Shown: positions 1 to 8,098 of the stretch, piece after piece
Position numbering within the stretch: position 1 is the stretch's first letter
Layout: each line of letters begins with the position of its first letter
Virus record (IMG/VR): IMGVR_UViG_3300022725_000257
Span: 1-57,312 of that record
DNA length: 57,312 nt
Origin: a virus
Taxonomy: Duplodnaviria > Caudoviricetes
Strand: one strand, 5' to 3'
Translations under genes and position numbers: made by a program
Notes under the pieces: generated by a model
Told to the model about the DNA's origin: nothing
Databases searched by the model: none
The model's input: the letters and a program-made list of their open reading frames with translations, nothing else

Positions 1-122
1 ATAACGTGGTAGCGTATAACGGGCGCAGAGATTATGAGTGAATTAAAGACTGAAAATATCGAACTAACTGAAACCGAAAACAACGGCAAGTCTGCGTCCG
101 CAGTTGATACGCATTGTTATAG
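1..122. other. attC-like hairpin H (also at 57184..57307)
   Basis: TAAC-gtggta-GCGTAT-AAC-GGGCGCAGA ... TCTGCGTCC-gca-GTT-G-ATACGC-att-GTTATA; ATG at 34 lies in the loop. Confidence 0.85.
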
Positions 123-127
123 CAACG
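1..127. repeat. Terminal direct repeat, copy 1 (identical to 57186..57312); indicates a circular contig
   Basis: 127 nt identical at both ends; length equals a common assembler k-mer, so likely an assembly overlap. Confidence 0.95.
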
Positions 128-576
128 GGGTGCAAAAGGAGCTTATTGAGTTGTGCCACGATGATTTGCTTGAACCGGCAGTTAAACTTCTGAAGCGAAG
201 TGGAAAAATGTGGAAGTGTAGCAATGTGTTTTGCGATTTGGCGACCGCTGCCAGTGAGCAACCTGACGCATTTGGAATTGGCAGCGGGTTCACTTCTTTA
301 GTGGAAGTCAAAGTAACACGATCAGATTTTCATGCTGGCAAAAAAAAGTTTTTCCGCCAACATCCTGAATGGGGGATGGGAAATTACAGATTTTACCTTT
401 GCCCAGAAGGGTTGATAAAGCCGGATGAAATTCCTGAAAATTGGGGATTGGCGTATTGGACTGAAAAAAAAGCAAATGTAATTGTGAAACCCGACTGGCA
501 GGAAAGCCACCAAAAACGAGAAATAGCTTTTGTGAACAGCGTACTCAGACGTATTAATGCTGACGAGTTGCTATAA
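34..576 (+). CDS. PD-(D/E)XK nuclease-like protein (MmcB-like); cassette gene
   Basis: Motif EQPDAFG...LVEVKVTRSDF...GNYRFYLCP. Confidence 0.65.
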   Translation: MSELKTENIELTETENNGKSASAVDTHCYSNGVQKELIELCHDDLLEPAVKLLKRSGKMWKCSNVFCDLATAASEQPDAFGIGSGFTSLVEVKVTRSDFHAGKKKFFRQHPEWGMGNYRFYLCPEGLIKPDEIPENWGLAYWTEKKANVIVKPDWQESHQKREIAFVNSVLRRINADELL

Positions 577-692
577 CGGATCGGCGTTTAAGCGGCGCTG
601 AAATTAAATAACAACTAAAAATCAGAAATAGAATTATGAGTCAGATTACAGAAAAGGACGCGGCAGCGTCCGCCTTGAAACGCTTGTTAACC
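571..692. other. attC-like hairpin I
   Basis: TAAC-ggatcg-GCGTTT-AAGCGG-CGCTG ... CAGCG-T-CCGC-c-TT-G-AAACGC-tt-GTTA; ATG at 636 in the loop. Confidence 0.85.
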
Positions 693-902
693 GCCCGGTG
701 GTATTTACTGGAACATCCGTGGTGCCACAGTAGTCAAGCTGGAACAGCAATATTGGCGGGAAATCCTGACCCACACCTGGGCACTTTTGTTGCAGATACG
801 GAAATGATGATGGATGATTGTGATTTTGAAGATGAAAATCAGCCGAGATCTATTGCTCAGCATATTGTTGACCTACATAATGCAAGCATAGAGGGCGGTT
901 AA
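636..902 (+). CDS. Hypothetical protein; cassette gene
   Basis: 88-aa ORF; stop is the TAA of the closing TAAC. Confidence 0.75.
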   Translation: MSQITEKDAAASALKRLLTARWYLLEHPWCHSSQAGTAILAGNPDPHLGTFVADTEMMMDDCDFEDENQPRSIAQHIVDLHNASIEGG

Positions 903-942
903 CATAGTATTGAGCAAAATTGAAATCCTAATATAAAGGGAA

Positions 943-1452
943 ATGGTTATGAAAAAAGAAATATTACAACGGGTCAAAACGCAGCTCAAAAATAATTGGT
1001 ATGTAGATCAGGACGACATACAAGCCCTTATTGATATTGCTGAACAGGCTGATATCGAAAAGATAAGAGATATCGTAGATGATGAATTGTGGGACGTTTT
1101 TTCAAGCTCACAACTTAACAGGCTTCACAGAGCGTTCGACAGCGCAAAAAAACAATTAGTAAAAGATAAAAAACCGCAGCACACCCCGCACAAAGTGTAT
1201 CAAAGCTTATTTGATTTCTTTCATATAGAGCACAGGCTGGTCTTAACGGAGGGTGAAATGGATGATATTGTGTATGTCGTCAAAGAATTCATAGACCATT
1301 CACATCAAAGATATATCGAGGATACGGCAGAATTTACGGTAAGGATAAAATCACCCGCAGCCGAGGAGACCTATGTGTATCCACTTGATGATTTTAACCG
1401 GTTCAGAAGACTATACAAAAAATTTGTTCGGAAAAAATTAAATAGAAAGTAA
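943..1452 (+). CDS. Hypothetical protein
   Basis: 169-aa ORF, co-directional, tightly packed. Confidence 0.75.
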   Translation: MVMKKEILQRVKTQLKNNWYVDQDDIQALIDIAEQADIEKIRDIVDDELWDVFSSSQLNRLHRAFDSAKKQLVKDKKPQHTPHKVYQSLFDFFHIEHRLVLTEGEMDDIVYVVKEFIDHSHQRYIEDTAEFTVRIKSPAAEETYVYPLDDFNRFRRLYKKFVRKKLNRK

Positions 1453-1455
1453 AAA

Positions 1456-1761
1456 ATGAAAGCACCTGATAAAATATACCTACAAATTGACGAAATAGAA
1501 CACAAAGACTCAACTTTTGAAGCAGTTACTTGGTGCAAAGATAGAATCAACGATTCAGATGTTGAATACATAAGGGTTGATAATGTTCTCAAAAGCCTAA
1601 ATGATGAACTTAAAAAAATGCCTGATGAAGAACTTTTAAATTTTGTAGATGAGATAGAAAAATGGTGTTATTTAGGCATAAATGATGAGCCTCATATAAG
1701 TCTTAATGGCATTATTAGGGCAATAGAAATTCTTGAACAAAAACGCAAAGAAAACTTGTAA
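1456..1761 (+). CDS. Hypothetical phage protein
   Basis: 101-aa ORF, N-term MKAPDKIYLQ...TWCKDRINDSDVEYIR resembles small phage proteins. Confidence 0.75.
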   Translation: MKAPDKIYLQIDEIEHKDSTFEAVTWCKDRINDSDVEYIRVDNVLKSLNDELKKMPDEELLNFVDEIEKWCYLGINDEPHISLNGIIRAIEILEQKRKENL

Positions 1762-1940
1762 TGAAAGAACTTGTATTTGTAACCCTTGATTGGGCAGCGA
1801 ACCCTATAACTACGATTGATGGACAGATTTTGCCCCGAAAAGCAGAGATGTTGCTCAACGGGGACTATTACCCAAACAACCGTGTTGGCGAGTGGCCAAG
1901 GAACCCTAAAACAGGCAAAAAACTTCCTATATATGAGTAA
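1761..1940 (+). CDS. Small hypothetical protein (59 aa, missing from the ORF track)
   Basis: TAATG overlap with upstream stop; MKELVFVTLDW...GEWPRNPKTGKKLPIYE. Confidence 0.65.
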   Translation: MKELVFVTLDWAANPITTIDGQILPRKAEMLLNGDYYPNNRVGEWPRNPKTGKKLPIYE

Positions 1941-2286
1941 TAAAAATAATCCGTATTCCGGTATGAACCCTCTTGATAAATTTCCGCACCCCTTTGATCC
2001 TAAGTACGAGGAAAAAATGAAAAAGTTAAAAAGAAATGACCCCGACAAATTTGTTAATTGGCCGCTGGTAAATGGCAATTATAGTACAAAAAATGGAAGC
2101 AGAGTTACAATATTTGGCAAACGCAATGGATGTAGCCAAGTAGACTTCGATTGGTTTGAAGAAGGTGGGTGTGTTGACTGCATCCCGCAGCCATACCCGG
2201 AAAAGTATGATAATAATGATGTGCGGCTTGTTTGGCACTGTGATGTTTGCGGTGGTGGATCTGCAAAACTATACAAAGATAAATGA
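1933..2286 (+). CDS. Hypothetical protein with two CxxC motifs
   Basis: Start moved to ATG 1933 because 1761..1940 occupies the upstream part; CVDC and CDVC. Confidence 0.65.
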   Translation: MSNKNNPYSGMNPLDKFPHPFDPKYEEKMKKLKRNDPDKFVNWPLVNGNYSTKNGSRVTIFGKRNGCSQVDFDWFEEGGCVDCIPQPYPEKYDNNDVRLVWHCDVCGGGSAKLYKDK

Positions 2287-2307
2287 TATGAATTGAGCAA
2301 TGAGGCA

Positions 2308-2437
2308 GGGTAACGTTGCTGCAATTAAGCGGCGGCGTTAATCAGGCCCGTTGGACTATGGAAACCGTTAATCTAATATTTTAATTGAGACTGTAATAAG
2401 GACGGCCTTGCCGTCCGACTTAAATTGCTTGTTATAT
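2308..2437. other. attC-like hairpin J
   Basis: TAAC-gttgct-GCAATT-AAG-CGG-CGGC ... GCCG-T-CCG-A-CTT-A-AATTGC-tt-GTTA; first 26 nt identical to site C (55385). Confidence 0.85.
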
Positions 2438-2774
2438 GCCGATTGACTATAGCGAATACCCGGAAAATTGGAAAGAGATAAGCGAGTACATTCGTTTTGA
2501 GCGTGCTGGTAACCGATGCGAAAGTTGCGGAGCTGAAAATGGAAAGCCGCACCCTGTTACTGGTAGTAAGGTTGTTTTGACAGTAGCACATATTCGACAT
2601 GAAAAATCGGATGTGAGGTATAACCCTGATGCATATGATCCTGACGATGAGGAAAATAATTTAGTGGCAGAATGCCAAAGATGTCATCTTACAAGGGATG
2701 CAAAGTTGCACGCTCGAAACCGTAAATACGGTCGAAAGCATAACCGTAAAGAACAACTGCGCTTAGGCATATAA
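2436..2774 (+). CDS. HNH-like endonuclease; cassette gene
   Basis: YPENW...RAGNRCESC...LTVAH...NLVAECQRCH. Confidence 0.75.
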   Translation: MPIDYSEYPENWKEISEYIRFERAGNRCESCGAENGKPHPVTGSKVVLTVAHIRHEKSDVRYNPDAYDPDDEENNLVAECQRCHLTRDAKLHARNRKYGRKHNRKEQLRLGI

Positions 2775-2889
2775 CGTGGGAGGCGTAAGCGGTCAGGCAG
2801 AATTATGAATAACGAAAAAGCAAATACTATGAATAAGCAAGAAACTGTAACCGGACAAGAAGCCTGTCCGCTTGACGCCTTTGTTATAG
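2769..2889. other. attC-like hairpin K
   Basis: TAAC-gtggg-AGGCGT-AAGCGG-t-CAGGC ... GCCTG-T-CCGCTT-G-ACGCCT-tt-GTTA; ATG at 2805 in the loop. Confidence 0.85.
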
Positions 2890-3524
2890 CGCAAAGGGAG
2901 GCGCTCGAAGCATTGCGGGAAATGCCCGATGATTGCTGTGATATTTTTACAGACCCGCCGTACAATGTTGGAAAAGATTATGGTGTTTGGGACGATTCAA
3001 TGCCCGATCAAGAATATGAACGGTGGATAAGTGATGTTCTGACTGAATGCAAAAGGGTTGCCGTTAATATGGTTGTTTACGTTCCTAAAAAATGGAATTT
3101 ACTTTACTGGAATGTTCTTGGTGATTCATTTCAGGAAATAATACTCCCATTTAGACCGGCCGGTGCAATACGGTATGGGTATTCAAATCAGTTCAATAAG
3201 CTACTTACAAATGCGAGACCGAAAAGGGAAAAGCCGGTACTCAACGTTTGGGATAATATGCAACAGCCGGGGCTTGGATTCTTTTTTAGAGAGGATACAT
3301 TAGGCAACCCCGGCTACACATCTGAGGCAATTACACGAAGGGCATTGGAACAGCTTTTGAGCCATGAATTTATTTATGACCCGTTTATGGGTGTTGGAAC
3401 TACTGCCGTTGCCGCTGAGAAAGCCGGAAAGAAATGGGCAGGAACTGAGCTTAATCCTGAATTTATTGAAAAAGCATGGACACGAATACATGAATACAGG
3501 AACCAACTTGAACTTGCGCTATAA
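2805..3524 (+). CDS. N6-adenine/N4-cytosine DNA methyltransferase (beta order); cassette gene
   Basis: FTDPPY (motif IV) precedes DPFMGVGTT (motif I). Confidence 0.9.
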   Translation: MNNEKANTMNKQETVTGQEACPLDAFVIAQREALEALREMPDDCCDIFTDPPYNVGKDYGVWDDSMPDQEYERWISDVLTECKRVAVNMVVYVPKKWNLLYWNVLGDSFQEIILPFRPAGAIRYGYSNQFNKLLTNARPKREKPVLNVWDNMQQPGLGFFFREDTLGNPGYTSEAITRRALEQLLSHEFIYDPFMGVGTTAVAAEKAGKKWAGTELNPEFIEKAWTRIHEYRNQLELAL

Positions 3525-3643
3525 CGGTTTAGCGTTTGTGCGGCGCTTTAATAAAGTTAATTAGAATAACAAAATTTATAATCCAATGATTAAGCAAAAA
3601 ATAGAACAAGAAAAAGCGTCCGATACGAAACGCATTGTTATGC
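3519..3643. other. attC-like hairpin L
   Basis: TAAC-ggttta-GCGTTT-GTG-CGG-CGCTTT ... AAAGCG-T-CCG-a-TAC-G-AAACGC-att-GTTA; ATG at 3586 in the loop. Confidence 0.85.
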
Positions 3644-3843
3644 AACCGATTACAGTATGGGAAAAGTTTAGTAAAAAGAAACAAAAGTATGAGCATAACC
3701 ATATTGAAGATGGACACCTTACCGGAGATACACCCATTGCAAGAACTGAGGAGCAGAAAAAAGAATGGGATAATACATATTGGCGAAAAAAGTTTGGTTA
3801 CCTGAAGGATGGAAAAGTAGTTGAAACTGAAATAGCTTATTAG
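3586..3843 (+). CDS. Hypothetical protein; cassette gene
   Basis: 85-aa ORF between GTTATGCAACC and GGTTGCATAAC, starting in the hairpin loop. Confidence 0.7.
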   Translation: MIKQKIEQEKASDTKRIVMQPITVWEKFSKKKQKYEHNHIEDGHLTGDTPIARTEEQKKEWDNTYWRKKFGYLKDGKVVETEIAY

Positions 3844-3846
3844 GTT

Positions 3847-3932
3847 GCATAACAAAAGTTTCTGTTGCAAGCCGGACAAGGTGTGGACAACCTTCATGCG
3901 TTTAGCTTGTCAGCAGGAAACTAAGGTTAGAA
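3847..3932. other. attC-like hairpin M
   Basis: TAAC-aaa-AGTTT-CTGTTG-CAAGC ... GCTTG-T-CAGCAG-G-AAACT-aag-GTTAG; extra T and G on the right arm. Confidence 0.75.
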
Positions 3933-3940
3933 AAATTAAC

Positions 3941-4420
3941 ATGAAAATAATATTTTTAGATATTGATGGTGTATTAAATTCTAACGCTTGGTTTAAAAGT
4001 GAAGAATATAATATAAAAGCAAAAAATATGTCTTTTCCTGATACACATCTGGATAAAAAATGTATTTTTAATTTAAATTATTTGTGCAATTTATCTGGTG
4101 CGGATATCGTGATTAGTTCTACTTGGCGTGAATTTGATTATTGTGCCTCAGCTCTGAGGAGAAATGGTGTTACTGGTAATATAATAGGCACTACACCATG
4201 TTTAAGAAAAAAGCTTGAAAACGGTTTATATATAGGCAAAACCCGAGGGGAAGAAATTCAGGCTTGGTTAGATAATAACGGTTACGAATTCTATGTAATA
4301 ATAGATGACTGTTCTGATATGCTTAGATCACAAAAAAAATATTTCGTCCAGATAAATGGAACAGTAGGTTTAACTAAAAATAATGTTTTACAAGCTCTTA
4401 AAATTTTAAATATTGAATAA
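3941..4420 (+). CDS. HAD-superfamily phosphatase (Swiss-Army-knife RNA-repair HAD type)
   Basis: MKIIFLDIDGVL, IVISSTWR, RGEEI, YVIIDD; ATG 3941 preferred. Confidence 0.85.
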   Translation: MKIIFLDIDGVLNSNAWFKSEEYNIKAKNMSFPDTHLDKKCIFNLNYLCNLSGADIVISSTWREFDYCASALRRNGVTGNIIGTTPCLRKKLENGLYIGKTRGEEIQAWLDNNGYEFYVIIDDCSDMLRSQKKYFVQINGTVGLTKNNVLQALKILNIE

Positions 4421-4425
4421 TTGAT

Positions 4426-4569
4426 ATGCTATATTTTTTTGTAGGTTTTTTGGTGGGTTTTATAACATCCATGTTAGGGCCTAAATTTATTAGATTTTTA
4501 ATATATAAATCACCCAATGACTTGTTAGTTAGTAAAGCTATTAAAAGAGTTGTTGAACACCAAAATTAA
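4426..4569 (+). CDS. Small membrane peptide (47 aa, missing from the ORF track)
   Basis: MLYFFVGFLVGFITSMLGPKF..., starts 5 nt after the upstream stop. Confidence 0.5.
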   Translation: MLYFFVGFLVGFITSMLGPKFIRFLIYKSPNDLLVSKAIKRVVEHQN

Positions 4570-4581
4570 AGATCTTATAAG

Positions 4582-4674
4582 CAGTTGCATCGGGGCATCG
4601 AGGAAGCGGGTCCCATCGGTGGCATACAGCGTCTTACGAGGCGGGACTAGGTGTGCTAAACCCTGATGTGATTG
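4582..4674 (+). ncRNA. Candidate structured RNA / long hairpin between convergent genes
   Basis: CAGTTGCATCGGGG pairs with CCCTGATGTGATTG using 4 G-U pairs; inner GGTCCC/GGGACT stem; GC-rich in an AT-rich context. Confidence 0.4.
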
Positions 4675-4678
4675 ATTA

Positions 4679-5338
4679 TTAATTTAAGTTTCTCTTTGAT
4701 CTGTTTCTTAATATATCATTAATTTCATCAGCAGTATAAACACTATTTCCTAATGTGTGTATTTTTTCTGTTACATTAGTGGCTTCATTTTTACCAATAA
4801 TTCCTTTACGCACAGCATCACTTATTTGATCTGTTATGTGTTTTGCCCACTTCTCTAATCTGTTTGATGACATTTTCCCATATACAATCATACTTTCCCG
4901 GGCTTCATCACTGTTATGCGGTGTTCCTTCCATATATAATCGTAATGCATAAGCTGAAACTATCAACCAGGATTCATTCATTCTTTCATACCGGTTGCCA
5001 TTAATTGGTTCAAAGGAATCACATGCGCTTGCAAGTGCATCCGCTAAATGCTCAATGAGCATAGCATTTGTTGGGGCAATCTTTTTTACATACACTAAAT
5101 ACTTTATCTGATTAAGCATCAGATCATAAAGAACCTCTTGATCTTCTTCAGGGATCTCAATTTTTCCTTGATCATCTACATCATGATGCTCTGTATAAAC
5201 AGGCTTACCAACACGTTTATAAAAATCGAGTGATTTTTGCTTTGATATCTTTTCATTATAAAAGCTCAAAGCAAGCGATGTTGAAGCAATTGTTATAACC
5301 AATAGTAGGATACATAAAATTAATATAGGTGTAGTCAT
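4679..5338 (-). CDS. Hypothetical protein with N-terminal membrane anchor
   Basis: 219 aa; hydrophobic N-terminus. Confidence 0.75.
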   Translation of the reverse strand: MTTPILILCILLLVITIASTSLALSFYNEKISKQKSLDFYKRVGKPVYTEHHDVDDQGKIEIPEEDQEVLYDLMLNQIKYLVYVKKIAPTNAMLIEHLADALASACDSFEPINGNRYERMNESWLIVSAYALRLYMEGTPHNSDEARESMIVYGKMSSNRLEKWAKHITDQISDAVRKGIIGKNEATNVTEKIHTLGNSVYTADEINDILRNRSKRNLN

Positions 5339-5364
5339 CTTTTTTTTTATGATTTAATTTATTA

Positions 5365-6792
5365 TTAAAATGGCTGATCGTCATCGTCCAAAGGAAGATT
5401 ATGTGGCATGTTCTGTGTACCTACAGGTCGTAAGGATGGTTTTCTATCATCTCTGCCCGGGTTTTGGGTACGCCATTCTGCATAATGTGAAATAAAATCC
5501 ATTTTAAATGTCCCGAGCATTCCATTCCTGTTTTTTGCGATATCAATAAATCCAATACCAGTTGTCGATTGCCCTTTGTATTCATCGTGGCCAAAAAGTT
5601 CCGGGCGGTTTAGAAATATAACACAATCAGCATCCTGTTCCAATGTACCACTCTCTCTTAGATCATCCAGTTTTGGTTGAGCGCCGGGCCGTTTAAGACA
5701 TTCCCTTGATAATTGTGAGCAGGCAATAACCGGGGTGTTGGTTTCTTTAGCCAAAGCTTTAAGGCCTCTTGATATACTGGATATCTCTTGCTCTCTGTTG
5801 CCTTCTTTATAGCCACTCATTAACTGCAAATAATCAACAAAAAGCATATCATAGCCTTGTGTTACTTTTGCTTTATATTTAGCGGCTAATTCATGTATCC
5901 CTATTGCAGGGGTGTCTTCTATGTATAAATCAGAATGGTATAACTTCTCGCTTGCCTTCATCAGATGATCCATATCATCCTTATTTATAGATCCTGATCT
6001 TATCTTAGTGAAATTTACACGACTTTCAAGAGCCATTTGTCTAAGTATTATGTCCCTATTTACCATTTCACCATTCCATACGAAGGGCCGGCGCTTAAAA
6101 TCACTTTTAAGGGATGCTGCATAAAAAGCGTTCTTTATAATGAACGCCGATTTACCAACGCCAGGTCTTGCCCCAATAATATAAAGACTGCCATCCTGAT
6201 AACCGTTGGTGTATTTATCTAATGGAGTTCCGGTTGGGGCGCCAGAAAGCCCGGGGTTTTCCTTGCGATACTCAATATATTCAAGAGCCTGATATATAAT
6301 ATCTTTACTATATCCACCTGTTTCATTATAAAAATCTGTTCCAAGTTTTGATGCTAATGAATTTAGTTCCCCAATAAGTTCCCGGCTATCCGAAGATTCA
6401 CTGTAGGCTTTATTGGCCACCTCTGTAGTTAATAAAATTAGATCTCTCTTTGCCTTTTTATCTTTGAGTATATCAATATAATCTAACGCAACTCGTTCCC
6501 CTACTCCGTGATCGGCAGCAATTTGATAAATTGATTGCTCACCTCCAGCTTTTTCAAGTGTCTGATTTTTTCTAAGCTGCTCAATGATTAAATTTGTATC
6601 AACTTTTTTATTGTTGTTATACAGATCTAATATTGCTTTGTATATAACCCTGTGTTGCGGGGAGTAAAAAACTTCTATATTTTGCTTTAACTCTTGTATA
6701 CATATATCAAGCATGTCTGGCATAAACATCATGCTTGATAATAACTCTACTTCAATTTCTGTTGCCTGCGGCGGTATCTTTGCGTTGTCCAT
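5365..6792 (-). CDS. dnaB: Replicative DNA helicase, DnaB family
   Basis: IPPQ N-terminus, Walker A GARPGVGKS, FVDYLQL, CSQLSR, LRESGTLEQDAD, AKNRNG. Confidence 0.97.
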   Translation of the reverse strand: MDNAKIPPQATEIEVELLSSMMFMPDMLDICIQELKQNIEVFYSPQHRVIYKAILDLYNNNKKVDTNLIIEQLRKNQTLEKAGGEQSIYQIAADHGVGERVALDYIDILKDKKAKRDLILLTTEVANKAYSESSDSRELIGELNSLASKLGTDFYNETGGYSKDIIYQALEYIEYRKENPGLSGAPTGTPLDKYTNGYQDGSLYIIGARPGVGKSAFIIKNAFYAASLKSDFKRRPFVWNGEMVNRDIILRQMALESRVNFTKIRSGSINKDDMDHLMKASEKLYHSDLYIEDTPAIGIHELAAKYKAKVTQGYDMLFVDYLQLMSGYKEGNREQEISSISRGLKALAKETNTPVIACSQLSRECLKRPGAQPKLDDLRESGTLEQDADCVIFLNRPELFGHDEYKGQSTTGIGFIDIAKNRNGMLGTFKMDFISHYAEWRTQNPGRDDRKPSLRPVGTQNMPHNLPLDDDDQPF

Positions 6793-6794
6793 AT

Positions 6795-7793
6795 CTATGT
6801 TCTAAAACTTGGTAAAAATAATTCTTTCCCTTCTACAACTTTCGATTCTCTCCAAATATGTTCTTCGGGATCTAATCCTCTCTCTTTACAAACTTCTTTA
6901 TATTTATCTTGCCTCAACCAGCCTGCTTTTAAATAATCAGAAACTGTATTCATTTTATTCTGAGTTTCATTAAAGGCATACCACCGGTCAACCCATTTAT
7001 CTATAGCCTCCATTTTTTTTCGGCCGTAATAGGTATTCCAATCCCTGCGATGGGCTTCTTTTATCATATTGCTTCTTGCTCGGACTTCTAATCCGCCAAG
7101 TAACTCCCTGCCTGTATAAACATTTAATGCTCTTTTAATGTCTTTCTTTTTTTTAGGTGTTAACCTGGTATTTGCATCACTTAGTTTGTTAAAAGAATCA
7201 ACAAAGCTTTTATAATCAATCTTCCCGCCAGAATATTTTTCTTCAGATGATGCAACATAAGGTTCAATATCAGTGTTGCCAATGCCCTCATTATCTTCAT
7301 GATTGTCAACATTGACATCCTTATTGTTAACATTTTTACTTTGTTTGTTAACAATAGTTACATCAAAACTTACAGAGCCAAGCTCTTTTTCCACATAATT
7401 ATCAACATCAATAAGTAAATATCTGTGATCGAGTGTTATAGATTTTCTGCGCTTGCAGGCCGCGATGAAGCTCTTTTGTATATCTTTGCTTGTTAATATG
7501 CCATAAGTTTTAAACATCTTTTTATCAAATACATTAGCATAAAGCGCGTGCTCAATAAGATTGTTGATAACTTCCTTACTCACCGGATACTCCGGCCGGT
7601 TGTATTCAGCTATATATAGCATAATAAAGTCATCATCAACAGCAAGGTAATAGCCTTCCTCAAAAAACATTTTTTCGAGAATTGTCCAGTAAAAACCAGC
7701 CCCAGGCAAACCCGTTAAAGAACTATAAATTTTTAACGGTTTAGTTTGCATTGCGGTAGATGAGTGAATAAAAAAATCAAGACCTTTATTCAT
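6795..7793 (-). CDS. Phage replication initiator (DUF4373/Lin1244-like N-terminus)
   Basis: GLDFF...GAGFYWTILEKMFFEEGYY...GILTSKDIQ; directly upstream of dnaB; internal iteron-like repeats. Confidence 0.75.
   Translation of the reverse strand: MNKGLDFFIHSSTAMQTKPLKIYSSLTGLPGAGFYWTILEKMFFEEGYYLAVDDDFIMLYIAEYNRPEYPVSKEVINNLIEHALYANVFDKKMFKTYGILTSKDIQKSFIAACKRRKSITLDHRYLLIDVDNYVEKELGSVSFDVTIVNKQSKNVNNKDVNVDNHEDNEGIGNTDIEPYVASSEEKYSGGKIDYKSFVDSFNKLSDANTRLTPKKKKDIKRALNVYTGRELLGGLEVRARSNMIKEAHRRDWNTYYGRKKMEAIDKWVDRWYAFNETQNKMNTVSDYLKAGWLRQDKYKEVCKERGLDPEEHIWRESKVVEGKELFLPSFRT
7304..7353. repeat. Iteron-like triplet TGT(T/C)AACA with 21-bp period inside the initiator gene
   Basis: TGTCAACA 7304, TGTTAACA 7325, TGTTAACA 7346. 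Confidence 0.7.
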
Positions 7794-8055
7794 TATGCCG
7801 GTATTTACGAAGTTCTATAATCTTCTCTCCTCCGTATTCTTTGGGTCTGTGGTACTCAATAAAGCCTTGGTTAATTAACTTATATAAATGATCCCTAAGC
7901 CGGCGCTTTCCCATTTGGCTATCTTTAGCTAAAAAACTTTGTGATTTTTGTATGCGGTTCTTTTTGAAAGTCCAAAGATACAAAAAGGTAGATATAACTG
8001 GGGGAGAAAGGCCGAGCGCATTACAGTCTCGTATAATGTCCTGTACTTGTTTCAT
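7786..8055 (-). CDS. Winged-helix DNA-binding protein
   Basis: SQSFLAKDSQMGKRRLRDHLYKLINQGFIE resembles a wHTH. Confidence 0.65.
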   Translation of the reverse strand: MKQVQDIIRDCNALGLSPPVISTFLYLWTFKKNRIQKSQSFLAKDSQMGKRRLRDHLYKLINQGFIEYHRPKEYGGEKIIELRKYRHNE

Positions 8056-8098
8056 TGATATAGTTGTTTTGTTATGGTTAACATATCTGGATCAGGTA

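Larger units (their letters stand above)
1..903 (+). mobile_element. Integron-like gene cassette array I, right part (2 cassettes)
   Basis: GTTATAGCAAC(116)/GTTGCTATAAC(567-577) and GTTAACCGCCC(686)/GGGCGGTTAAC(893-903) are perfect 11-bp inverted pairs. Confidence 0.85.
2308..4420 (+). mobile_element. Integron-like gene cassette array II (4 units)
   Basis: Hairpins at 2308, 2769, 3519, 3847; perfect 10, 12 and 11 bp end complementarity for the first three units. Confidence 0.85.

Noticed and set aside
1-127. 127-bp terminal repeat as a biological terminal repeat
   Set aside because: Length equals a standard assembly k-mer and it cuts through a gene and a hairpin; treated as circular overlap.
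3845-3940. N-terminal extension of the HAD ORF given in the track
   Set aside because: It is a TTG-started read-through of hairpin M; the HAD motif begins at ATG 3941.
4458-4466. TTTTATAAC as the closing core of the HAD cassette (8/9 match to GTTAGAAAA)
   Set aside because: Low-complexity match inside a plausible small ORF with no hairpin following; right boundary of that unit left undefined.
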